DNA from: Lingula anatina | Lineage: Eukaryota; Animalia; Brachiopoda | Length of the DNA stretch: 64,000 nt | Direction of reading: 5' to 3' | Assembly (NCBI GenBank): GCA_051362555.1 | Contig: CM120649.1 | Coordinates: 8,122,001-8,186,000 of the forward strand | Part shown: in pieces, positions 1 to 12,600 of the stretch | Layout: each line of letters starts with the position of its first letter | How positions within the stretch are numbered: the first letter of the stretch is position 1 | Translations under genes and position numbers: made by a program | The notes under the pieces: generated by a model | What the model was told of the DNA's origin: nothing | The model's database searches: none | Seen by the model: the letters and a program-made list of their open reading frames with translations, nothing else

Positions 1-669
1 AAGCCCCCTGCGCCCTTGCCATTTGACCTCCCACGTCTCTTTGTGTGTCGCACCTCATAAACATGTGTTCGGAAATCGAGCTTAGATTAGACCTGAATCG
101 TCGGTATTCCTTGTGTATACACTGTCAAAGCATTTCTAGAGTCATGAAAGTTCACTTCAAGAGCAGGGTTTAGTTGTATAAAACTCATAGCTCAGTCCAG
201 TCAAGCCAGCTACTCTATACAGATTTGTCATCTCTGGGAATCGAATCAGAAACTATTTTTTTAAATAGTAAGGTGCATGGTGCTTTTTGATTAATACAAA
301 ATATGCGTGCCGTGTCACATATTATCAATGTCTTTCGTGCTCTGTTTGTTATTACTTAGAAAAGTCGATTCTTTCGAACTGAAGTAGCTCTGAGAATTGT
401 ATTGCATTTTTAAATACTTTAACCTCTTATGTCACGTTTCAACGGGGGTGTACTAAGTAACACGAACATTAAAGTAAGAAATTATTGGCAAAATCATCAA
501 AATAACAAGTTCAAATAAGGTGAAGAGGCACTGAACACATCTCACGGACAACGCTGAGCTGTTCTTCTTTTGTTGTGCTATTGAATTCTGACAATCGAAA
601 GAATGTTTCCAATATTTCTTTTTCGAAAGAAGGTACGGCGAGAGGATCAATCCAGACGTATGACCATCT

Positions 670-1492
670 CGACTATTCAGAAGAAATCTTTATTTGAGAA
701 GAGCTACACATAATCCAATACAGGGAAAGTGAAACGTACGCGAGACAGGAGATTCATATGTCTCAAATATTTGTCCAATAATGGTGATATTCGTTATACA
801 GAGAGTGGAACTCTCAAAATTGCTTTAATAAAGACAACGAGACAGAATGTACATATTATCTTTAATTAGTTTCAACAGACTGTATTTTCTTTATACAACA
901 TTAATATTCCACTTTTAAATAAAAAAGAGATAATAAATAGATATCACCTTCGACAAATAGACCTGGAATTAAAAAGAAGTAGTGGCGAGTACTAATCTAG
1001 TATTGTAAAGAGAGCCGCGTTGTGACATACTTCCTGTAAATTTCTGTAATTCATGTTGTATCTAATTCAATGTTCAAGGAGTCTGTCACCGAAAGAATCA
1101 TGAAACACAGCCCAAATAGTTCAGCATCTGTTTTTAATGTGACTCACCATATTGTGGTGTGTTTCAAATAAAAGATGTGAATTAACATTACGAGTTCTGT
1201 GCTAAAAAAAAAACGAAAAAAAAAAACAGAATCCCTTTAACCGCTGAGTCTTCTCGTGGAGCCATGACGTAACCATGACGTCACTGGACCTGTGTGTCGC
1301 TGAAGTGTGCCAACAAGACCGAAGACAAATATAAATCCATTCTCAATCAGGTAAAAAGTCCTCTGAACGAATTTCTGACGTCACAAAATGACGCAACACC
1401 AACGTGGTAGAGACGAAAGCTTCGAAGATGTTCTACCAGTCAAACAAAGCACGCCTGGGATCGGTAGCAGCAGCTTGTCATCCTGATGGTAT
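670..1492 (-). ncRNA. Candidate terminal non-coding exon
   Basis: Acceptor TTACTGTTCTCTTTCAG|A at 1493/1492; AATAAA at 689-694 and ATTAAA variants nearer; no credible ORF. Confidence 0.25.
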
Positions 1493-2198
1493 CTGAAAGA
1501 GAACAGTAATTAAATCATTACAGCAAGTGATAATATCATATTATTTCGTTTGTATTCATTTAAATACTATACACTGAAAATTACATGTCACGCAGAACAC
1601 GGATTTCCCAATTTTGGGGTATAACAAAGAGGTCAAGGTCAGTACAAGGTGAAGGTCACTGGGCTCAGTAGAAGTCTATTCACTCTAAGATGTTTTTAGC
1701 ATGTATAAATATTTTGTAGGGTAGAACTATTGACAGTCAGCAGGCAGCATTGAAATGCTATGCAAGAAGGAAAACTGGAAGAGTCAAAAGAATTTCATAG
1801 AGTTGCAAGATGTTTTTGACATAAATCACTTTTGAAACTTATCATTTTTCTTTCCCAACAGTTGCACACGTACACACATGTTGTCTCATCTCTATTTCCT
1901 TTTTCTCTCTCTCATTCTCGGATATACACATTGAAAAATAAACCAGATGTACAGACTTAAATCGTTTCATTTTGATATTAACCACTGTATGCACTTCTTT
2001 GCACGCCCTCACACCCAGTGCCGGTAATGCAACTGCTGCATGGACGCTACAGTTTCCTATGAAGTTAACATTGTTAATTACTTCTCAAAAGCCACCTACA
2101 ACTAAAAATATTCGTCTCTGCTGAGCGTGAGCGCCTCGATACATCATGACTTTAAGAAATCACATATAAAAAGAATGGCAGTGGAGAAAAAAACATCA

Positions 2199-2212
2199 GT
2201 TGCCCGGGCAAC
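2199..2212. promoter_or_regulatory. RFX X-box palindrome
   Basis: GTTGCCCGGGCAAC matches GTTGCC-NN-RGCAAC. Confidence 0.5.
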
Positions 2213-5200
2213 GCTTAAGTTTTACAAGCAAGCGTTACTTTGTGATAATTCCACCGGCCATTAGCTAAGCTTAACAAGCTTCTAAAATTAGGAAGCTAGG
2301 GTTATTTCACTCCAAGGCTCAATCGATAAGTGCTAGCAATTATCCTGTTTTGAAGCACTTATCAACGTGAGTGAAATAAGATTTCTGCCACTTAATCGAC
2401 GTTTTCAGGTAGCATTGGCCCGGATTAACTGGTGTATATTATTTCATTTTAACATATCTTTTAATGTGGTGCTTTTTTCAACATTTAAGCCGAATATTTT
2501 TTAAATAGTCATCTGTGTAAATTATTGTTTGAAAAGAAAAGAGAAGTGATTAAACGTGAATCAAATGGAATTACTCTTCCTCTTTCGACGATAGTGATGT
2601 GACCTGACGGAAGGCACTAACTAAACACCATATTCTTTTACGTAGACAGTCAACTTGTGTCAAAATAACGAATTCAATCGAGTCGCTAACAAATAAATCA
2701 GCAAAGATGATTTTCTTCATTTTTTTTTCTTTTTTAACCAAAAATAGAAGGAAGAACTGCGTTGGTGTTATTGACTAATATACTGAATGAGAGAAACACC
2801 ATACAAACTTTTGACATTTATTTCTATCTACTTTTTATCCTTTTTTTATGGACATTTTTGCCGTGGTATAGAAACCGCAGCGATGGACCGCAGAGAGGGC
2901 CGTGGTTGCCCAAGCAGCACTAATGAGCCTGAGGGAAGAGGGCCCCTTGAGGTTACTCCACCTTTGGAGACGGTCCCCTGTCGCGGGTGAACGCAGCTGA
3001 ACTAAAACACCTTTCCGAAGACAAAGACAAACCGGAATTCATCAGCTTCTTGGTTGTGGTTGAAAAGTGAAGATAATAAGTACGGTTCAACAGACCGTGA
3101 CACGGCTCAGTGGATTTTTCTACCTGTCTGTTTTTTTCTGTGGTCGCTGATTTCTCTGACGTTTATATTATATCATATATGGCTTTTAGCAGAAACTGTG
3201 GCGAGTCATGCGCTGGAGAGTTTTTGTAAAGTTACTATTTGACATCATAAATCACCTTTTGATGCCCAGGTCAATTAAAGCGTCAATATGTACGATCTGT
3301 CCAGTTTCTTTAAATATTTGCAAGAATCAGTATTGCTCTTTGGTTTTGCATTCGGTTTTATGAGTTGTTATATTCATGGTGTTATGCACGCATTTTCGTT
3401 TTTATGTTCATTACTCTATTGAATTAGTCTCTACATATGGTCAAAATATGGTTGCATCCAATAATCTGTACACACGCTTTAAATGAGATATTTATTCAAC
3501 CAACTTAATTTAATTTTAATTTTATCTTTTATGGTCTACATTATATCCTTTAAAACGCGCGTGAACTATTAAAAAAGATAAATAATCATTATAATAAACC
3601 ATGTATAATTTTTCACGAAACTAAAAGAAAAACCATATTTCATAATAATAAATATTTATAATTAATCAACACCTTTATTTTATTTGTAAACACTTTTATT
3701 TTAATGTTTTATATTTACCGTAAAGTCGAAACACTATATAAGTTTATACGCTAAGCTTACTTTATAAGATTTTACATACTATTTTACGTTATTATTCCTT
3801 CCGTGACATCGTTTTGTCATCGTATAAATTCTGCAAATTAAGTTCTCTCCTCACCAACGTAGATCAGTAGCTCTGATAACAGGTGTGCTTGCTTATTGTA
3901 TTTTTTGTTATTACAGGTAAAAAGAGTTTAGACTTTTTTTACGCACAATAAAGTCTGACATCAAGTGGGTGGCGCACAGGACGGCGCGCAAATATAAAAG
4001 ATAAAAAACGCACGAAAAATGTTCTTATTTTCTCATGCACATATACATGGGTAACCTTATGTCCAATTATGACGATGAATCATTCGAAGTATTAATTTCT
4101 TTGAAATTTTCATCCTGAAATTTAATAGCCCAAAGGGGGTGATAGCGGTAGGTGGGGGATGTCATGCTTTTTGATTCATAGTCCAGGAAGTAGCAGCCTA
4201 GGTTAGGATTAGAAGAACCGCAGCCTTTATTGTTTTGATGCGTCAAGTCACGCTTTACCTGTACTTTTGTACGAAACAGACAAACCCCAAGTTCCCGCGC
4301 TTAAGGCAAATATCCATCCACTGGCTCTTTTACATCAACTAGAAAAAGTAATGTTTAGTCAAAAGGGGCGAAAAGGTTTCCTAGATTTCAGGATAAAGAA
4401 ATAAAAACAAATACTAATACACAAGCTCATCTTTACAGGATTTCATATTCGCCACAATTTGCAGGTTATAATCATACAAAATGTCATCCAAGGTTTCGGT
4501 CTCTTCACTTGACTTTGGCCACAAAGCTACAATTATTAAAATGAGTAACAGTAAAACAAAATAATCGAAATTTTAGGGAACGTCCCAACGTTAATAACTA
4601 CTGATTAGAGAAAGACACATCGTCACAAAAAAAATGCCCAGATTTGTCCTCTTTTCAGGGGCAACGCGCAGGTGTTTGTTAAGACGGATACGTGAGTCGA
4701 GGGTGGTGTCATAATTATAGTGTCTTATTTCCAAGATGTACATATGTCCAATGGCATCGTTGGGACCAAAATGACAATATCTAGACCACTATGGTGACAA
4801 TCAGAGAGAGAGAGACGGAACCATTATGATGCGCACGTTTCTGGTTACGGTATTGCAAATGCCAGATTTTGACATTTGAATGTTTGTCAAATTTTAGTCA
4901 CAACACTGATATTTGCCAAAGTTCCGGGAATGACGACCGCAGGCGAGACTGTTTCAACACGCTGTATAGTCGTCTACCGCCCTAAGGGATCAACGCCCTG
5001 CAACGGTTTTTTTCACTGAACGCACTTTAAACAATTTACAGCCGAGACAAATTAAACATGAAATGGTTTAAATTACGTCATCAACTGACTTGATTATATT
5101 GGTTCTACTAACTAAGCGATATTGACATTTGATTGATTTAGATCTGTTACTTATAATTTTTGTAAACCTGTATTAGAATTATGGATGTAAAAAGGCTATG

Positions 5201-6465
5201 TCGTTTTTTTTAACTTTCCCCATGCTCCTTAAACCAAAACGATATTACAAAACCGAAAATAACAGACTTAAGCATCAGAAAAAAAGGGATCAACGGGTTA
5301 ATACTCAATATTACAAACAAAAAAGAAAGATGCAAAATCGCCCAAATCCAAGGCACAATACGATGGGTTAGGCTTCGCTGAAAGGGTTTGCTCTCCATGC
5401 TAATGCACATAGTTTCGAAAAAGTCAGTAAAGAATAATCATAAACATTTTACTGTCTCAAACTGAACCAAACCTCAAATGTTTACTAGAATCCGCAAAGT
5501 AAACACACGTACACTAATATATGTTTTATTTAGTTAATTGAGGTCACTCGTGCAGACAAACTGTAGATTACAAACCGTAAACGTTTTTAAAATAAGTACG
5601 TAATACTTATGATCGATGATCTTTGGCATTGCTTGATTTTTAGTCTTGGTATTTGTCAACTCGTATAAAAAGATTGAACATTAACCTATTGTGCATTCTT
5701 TTTATGAGTTTATCCATTATATTTGATCAATGATTCGTTATTTTTCTTAATGTTTGGTGTAGTTTTGATTGATACAACTATAGCGTGTGTAAGGTAAAAT
5801 CTGTCGCTTATGCCTTCATCTTTGCTGCATCCTTGAGAGACGTAAAATGTATGTGTATAATTGCGCGGATTAAAAACATTATCTTCTGAAATCCGTGGAA
5901 GAATTAATGGATTCCAGCAATGTGACTCACGCAATTAATCATTATGTCCTGCGCTGACACGCTAAGGACTCGTTTGGTTAGTTTGTTAACCGAGTCGATG
6001 AACTGAAAACAAAATGTCAATTTATTTACTTATTTGTCTCGTAAGGGATGTCGGGTGATTCAGGGTGCATAGCTTGCCATCGAAGAGAAACACTTTTTGA
6101 CTTGGTCAAACGCGCATTTTTACACAAGAAATAATAGAAATTTTTGGCGATTTCAAGAAATAATTGAGGACATGGCGTCCTCTCCCTTGCGTTTACAAAA
6201 TACTGGATCCGTTCGTGACAAACTTAACATAACTGGCGACTCCTCCACACTTGTCATGGCTTGTCTTGGTCTGATGGCAAAGAATTTGTATAAAGTGGAT
6301 CGTCTGCGTGGTTCAGTTTGTGGCATGTTGACGTCACAATACCCGTATTTTGCAGTGCAGCGTTTTAATTACTTGGCAGAACTCATCACAGAGAAGATGC
6401 TTCCAAATGAATTGATAAACGAAATAGATAAATAGATATGAATATATACATGCAAAAAATCAATA

Positions 6466-6469
<4 letters not shown>

Positions 6470-6519
<50 letters not shown>
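6470..6519. repeat. (CT)n microsatellite
   Basis: Directly visible. Confidence 0.95.
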
Positions 6520-6521
<2 letters not shown>

Positions 6522-7089
6522 CAGCCAAAAAGGGGAACAGTTTGACAGTGAGGTGAACAATGAATAGACTGCCTCAGGCAATAACGAAAAAATTCCGTGT
6601 CTTCTTTAAAGTTAAACGAAGTTTAAAAAATTCATGCTTCAACCTACAATACGTGTGATGGAATATGTGTTTCTCTCGGTCAATGTAAAGTGTTGTTGGC
6701 TGTTTTCTTATGTCAGGGTCCAAAAATATCAATTTATCAATATCGTATTTTGAAAATTATTTTAATATTTACTTTTTAAATTTCAGTTTGGAGTGTATTC
6801 ATTATATCATAATATATTACGATTGCATCTATCTCACTTAAAAACTGTCATATTTGTCGCATATGACTTATATTAATGATAATTTTTTCTGCCATTATCG
6901 TTTCCCGAAATAAAATTTAAAAAAATGGAGAGATATCAGTGTCTGGATTTTGTTTCACAGTCTCATGTCTTTCTTTGTCACGCGTGGAGTGCAGAAACTG
7001 AGCCGTTTTAATAAAACCAGTCATGGAAGGTTCTGTGCATATAGGTGCACGACAAAAATATTTTTTCCGTTCATAACAATGGTACCTTT

Positions 7090-7304
7090 GGGCGTATTCC
7101 CAGAGCTTTTAGATCGATCTATCCCCGCGGGGAGTCTCACTAGATTACTGTCAGATAATCCGGCTTAAATGTCCGTCCCGCCTACTACAAGCTGTAAGGG
7201 GGTAATTAACTTTCGTGTACGCTCGGCTGACAGCTATTTAGCGTGAACCCCCAGGGAGTTAGGTCGATCTAAAGTAGATCGATCTAATCTCTGGGAATGG
7301 GGTC
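7090..7304. mobile_element. Degenerate fold-back MITE
   Basis: ATTCCCAGAG..TTAGATCGATCTA..CTGTCAG on the left is mirrored by CTGACAG..TAGATCGATCTAA..CTCTGGGAAT on the right; the TAGATCGATCTA subunit is duplicated in the right arm. Confidence 0.7.
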
Positions 7305-8134
7305 TTTGACTGCAGTTTTTGTTTTTGCATATGATCATAGCTCAGAGCCTCTTTCATCCGTTTTAATAAATGTAAAATGGTATAATTAATATCAGAAACA
7401 TTGTCTGTTATTTGTTTCTTGCGTTATAGAACTCTTTTGTCGTCTTAACACTTTGACCGGGTCTGCATATATATAATCTCTTTCTCTCTTCGAACCATTT
7501 TTAAATAAAACAACAATGTAGTGGCTAACGGATCACATATACCAAGTAATCGGAATATTAATCAACAGTCACCGTATCTACTTGTATTTTCCCCTATGAA
7601 GTCGGTGTTTTATTTTCCTGGGCCTAACTAAAAAATGACACCTTCATCGTAGCTTAACCGACTTCATCATCCGCTGTAACCCGACACGGCAGAGCTCCTT
7701 GCGACACCTGCATGCCAGGAATGCCTGGCTCTCGATAACGCCGGGCAAATGGCGTTTTAATTTCCTTTTTACCCGGGGAAACCGGTCGGGCAGATAGATA
7801 GATGTTCGAACCGAAATGAAATGCACTGGTTGAAAATGACAAGGTGAAATTTACAGTGTGAAATGAACAGGTGAACATGCCGCGTGGAAAGCACGTGAGA
7901 AGTTTATATTATCAAAGTAAACCGAACAGATTGGGAGAGGGGGGAAGTAAAACAAAGTGTGGAGATTGTGGAGGAAAGAGATCGAATGGGATGAGATACT
8001 GAGCTGAAATGAAATGAATTAAAAGATACAAAAAGCTGTGACTTATGCATTAGTGTGAACGTATATAAGTCACCGAAAAGAAATATAAAGTCGTAACCGG
8101 CAAGAGACCACATCAACCATGTATGCAAATGAAG

Positions 8135-8148
8135 CGAGAGAGAAAGAG

Positions 8149-8196
<48 letters not shown>

Positions 8197-8228
8197 TGTG
8201 TGTGTGTGTGTGTGTGTGTGTTTGTGTG
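8135..8228. repeat. Compound (GA)n/(GT)n microsatellite
   Basis: Directly visible. Confidence 0.95.
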
Positions 8229-8781
8229 CATGTTTGAGAATGGGGTTTGGTTGTCGAAACCAGCATCCAAACATGACACCTTGTTATGTCAAGCAATATA
8301 AACACGTTTGCAATAATACCTGATGAAATGAACAAATCGAAATTGACAAGTTGGAAATTAACAAGGCTGAAATGAGCATGATGTATGGTTTCTGTCCCAG
8401 AGGACAGATCAAAAACACGTGCTTCACTCTCTCTCGATCTCTCTGATTTAATGGCAGGTTATAGATTGAGATAGAACTATGAACGAACGCAGTTAATGTT
8501 TCTAGCGAAGCGGCGCTCTTCTGTCTCGGAGTCCACAAAGCTGGTGGTTAGGCCTACCAGACAAATATAAAATGCAAAACCAAAATCTTTGCAAATTGTT
8601 TGGTTTCAAGACATTATTTCGGACTGTTACTAAAAATGTTCGGCTCCTCTAAGGAGGGAAGAAAGAGCACCGAATCGACATCATAAATATCTAGAATTTG
8701 CAGGGTCCCAATGTCAGTTATATTGATAGCTGTAAATGGTGATTTAAAGAAGTGCAATGTCAAAAGAATAGATATACTTGC

Positions 8782-8903
8782 CATAATGGTGCCATTGTCC
8801 GAATATCCATTTGCCTTGTGGTTTACTTCTGTGTAACTTTTAGTCATCACTTCATGATTCTACAGGCAGTTTTCTCCCACTCTGTCTGTATTGATGTGCT
8901 TGC
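8782..8903 (-). ncRNA. Candidate 122-nt non-coding exon
   Basis: Acceptor CCTTTCC-T-run-GTATTTCAG|G; donor ATG|GCAAGT (GC type) or CAA|GTATAT 4 nt further; stops in all three frames. Confidence 0.33.
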
Positions 8904-9305
8904 CTGAAATACAAAAAAAAAAAGGAAAGGTAAAAACTTGTTGTACTTTCCCATCACACTAGAAAAAATATTTTCAATGTATTATGTGAAACCAGTCTGA
9001 TGTTTTTCTTAAATATCAGAGCCTGTGTTACAGATATAACTTACACTCACAGTAATTAGAATAACTAGGAATCTATCTCCAAAAGAAATAACTTGTTTGA
9101 TAATTATTTGTTAAATTATATACAACTTTTATCCCAGCCGACAAATTTCAATAAAAACTATCTGGCAGATAGATAGATAGATAGATAGACATCTGGGAAG
9201 GGAAGATAAGAAATTCAGTCAATTTGGACTAAAAAAGGCTACCACATGGAAGTCAGAGCTCTCCGGGCGGAACACACTTATATTAATGTTTTGTATTGGT
9301 GAAGC

Positions 9306-9319
9306 GTTGCCTTAGCAAC
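9306..9319. promoter_or_regulatory. RFX X-box
   Basis: GTTGCCTTAGCAAC matches GTTGCC-NN-RGCAAC. Confidence 0.55.
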
Positions 9320-9574
9320 AGCTACGTTGTGCTAATTCAACCTTAAGCTGGCGAACGCTTACATCTCCTGTTTACGGGCTGTCCCATTAAATACCTGTCT
9401 TCTTCACTTACGACAATTAACTTAACGGTGATAGTCTGTTCAGGGCAATACTGCAAGAGTCATTTAAATTTGCTACTCCGTGTCGGTGACAGCTGTGGGG
9501 GATGTTACAGCGATATTCATTGTAATTACACGACTTTGAGCGACAAGCACTGCCCAGAAGCGGTGTTTTCAAGT

Positions 9575-9620
9575 AACAACAACAAAAACAAAAACAGCAA
9601 CAACAACAACAACAACAATA
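9575..9620. repeat. Imperfect (AAC)n microsatellite
   Basis: Directly visible. Confidence 0.85.
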
Positions 9621-12600
9621 AAAATAATAGCATCTATGGTGAAATTTCTTATTGTAAAAAGGGTGACTAAAGGGGCTATACCAGCTGAGGACTCGATACG
9701 TCATGCCTCAGGTAAACGAGTTTCATTTGTATAGAAAGATAAACCTTTTTCCTCAGTACTTATATAAAAAATAAAGTATCATGTGCAAATTATCTTGAAT
9801 TAACCGCAAAAAAAGGAGAAAGAGTTTTAACAAAAGCTTAAAATGACAGCCGTGTGCGATTTTTGTGAAATACAGTCGAAATGATGATCTCTCACGTGCG
9901 AATGACATTATGTATTGAAATATTAACAGCAACGCCATGTGTTTTCAGATCTGCTCCGTGATCTATTGAAAAAACTTGATATTGATAATTAGATGCGATA
10001 AAATGCTTCAACTAGCAAAAGCGAAAGATCGTTGCCAGAGGCGGACTGCTCAGAAATTATCTGTAATATTATCTGTAATAAAACAATTTACAATTAGCTT
10101 TTAGACACGTACACATGTAAGCTAGTGCTGCACGGCAATCCTGTTCGACATTACAGGAGTTGAATTGATGACTGCATACAAACTCTGCCAGCGGGCAGAC
10201 GCAGTCATTTTCTGTCACGTCCAATTAATGCGGTCGCTCATCTATTGCTGTATAATTGATGGGGCGCGGTTGGCCTTTGTTTTAATTAAATGAAGACACT
10301 CGGCGAAGATCCCAGATTGTTAACGACAGGGTAATCAACGGAGCTTGCGTCAAGAGGATCGAGACCAATCATTATCTAAGTGAGATTACTGGATCAAATC
10401 AAGGCTCTTACAGCATCCAAATTAGAGAATCCAATTTACTGGAATACAAATTGATATTAAATAAAGACAAGGCTGTTTCTAAATAAACCCAATAGCCTTA
10501 GAAGCCCTGGGCGTTCTGAGGGTTAAGAGAATTAAATCATGTACATACGGATACCTCTTTCCATGTCCGGAGTTTATTTTGATATTACTAATAAGTTATC
10601 ATTTTTTTTTATTTTTGGTCTCTGTTGAAATAAATCTTCTTATTTAATTTGTTTCACTTAATTAATTTCATTCAAAATAATAACTATAATAATACTAATG
10701 ATATTAACTATTATTATTATTATTATTATTATTTTGTATGTCACTCTTGTTTGACAAAAGAGAGAGAGAGAGACGCAATGCTATATAATACCAATATCAA
10801 TATTTTCTATATAAAATGTTCACGGTCGAGGATAAGTTCTATGGAAAATATATCAAAAACATCATGTAATAGAAAACCCCACAAAGAGGAACTGATGAGT
10901 GCATTAAACGGTCTCGGTCGGTGGCCAATTCTTTGTGTGACTCTAACATATGTCTAATTATAATTAAATGGCTTTAAATTCATGGGACGCGACAGCAGGT
11001 GAGAAAAATCAGATCTAAGTTAATTGGGTCACGCGCGAAGCAACATTGAAAATTTGTCAACCCTAGAGCACGCGCCGGGCATTGAACCGTCCTACTGCCA
11101 TTAACTCTATTTGTCGTTCATTCGAAGCCACCTTCTTTAACAAAATTACTCTCTTTTAAATATTTCTATTCGGTTGAACACGCGTACCTCCTTCACTGCC
11201 CCCAACAACATTGGCCTCTAGTCAAAAGGCGAGTTCTTTAAGAATAATTTAATCTGCCTCGACCCGTTGTTTCCCTTTTGTCGTCCCATCAATGAAACCC
11301 AATGATTTTTCCATCAATATCACGACATGTTCATTCATTATGGAAAACCGCTGCTTTGCCCCAACTACCTCTTGTTGTTGTTGCTTGCGACCTAGTTTTC
11401 GTAATTTTGTTTTGAATGTTACAAAATGCCTCGGATTGATCAGCTCGACCTTGCGATCGATGGAGAGTTTTGAAAGGAAGCACCTCGTAAGTCTTTGACA
11501 TTGCGGGTGAAGTGAAAAGGGTGTCATGCACTGTTTAATATGTATAACGTTTGAATGGGAAACACAAATATACAACTCTTCTGTGACATACATTCATACC
11601 TGACAATACAATTTGTGAAAAACGATGCAATAATCAAAAATTATTATCAAAAATGTTATGTAATACCAATATCAATATTTGTCATCTACTCAAGTGGCAG
11701 TATGTCGCCGATGATTGTAGAAATTATCTGCATCATTTTTTCATTATTGAAACTGATAGAATTTGTAAAACGATCTTCCTCTTTCATTTTGGATACGTTT
11801 TGCCTCAGTGGTATCCAGTGTTTGTCAGATTATTTTAAGTTATTATTTGCCTTCATAAATAAAAACAAAAACTTAAAACACGAATCAAAAATACAGAAAC
11901 AAAGCTTTATTTTGCTACTTGGTGACAAATCAAATTTTTCCTAACATATTTTTCTTTTTCAGAATTCACAAGAAATTTGAGTGCTTGATCTCAGCCCCAT
12001 AACATATTTATTTACAGGAAAACATATGTTAAAGAAGAAGGCGATATTAGGGAAGAGCTTTAAATAGTACGTATCGAAGATATTCTTGCGTCTTGAGTTA
12101 ATAAAGAGTCTCAGGTCTCAGTAATAAAACAGTGCACATTTTTATCCCACGTCGATGGAATGAATACAAGAGTTCATATATTTTATATCCGTCCAAACAT
12201 ATTGTTGCTGTATAAAGTTATAGGCGCCAGATATCACGAGTTTGAAAGCTCGGATAGTTAACGTGTGTTTATGATCAATCACTCATAATTTTGAACAGCA
12301 TATTAATTTAGCCCTGTTCTTATTATGACAATTACACATTTTAGACACAGTTAGCGCCATTAATGTTCTTTACATACGTTCAGATCATTTTGTATCCTGT
12401 GTAGGAAACCAAGACCCACAGAAAATTACAGGAAAAAATAAAGCATGCTGCAAACGAAGGATACGGGCAGTAAACCATAGTGATTAAATTTCACAGCTCA
12501 TAATTAATGCAAACGCCTGTCCCGCATTCTGCAACCGTTACTCTATTTAACACGTAGAAACAGCTTGTTTTCGGGTTTTTCATTCTTTTTTCTCTTTCAG

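Noticed and set aside
6097-6435. 112-aa + strand ORF with a faint internal inverted repeat
   Set aside because: Non-ATG start, no motif and no supporting splice context; the inverted repeat is too degenerate to call.
7904-8335. ORFs with SLSLSL, RERERE, THTH or YIYIYI runs (also near 15, 16, 24, 55, 62 and 63 kb)
   Set aside because: Open only because microsatellites lack stop codons.
9417-9704. Cys-rich and Asn-rich ORFs
   Set aside because: Produced by the (AAC)n repeat; not a real cysteine-rich protein.
11070-11095. Pol III B-box-like GGTTCAATGCC on the minus strand as a tRNA
   Set aside because: No A-box or cloverleaf; no tRNA gene can be supported here or at 27437.
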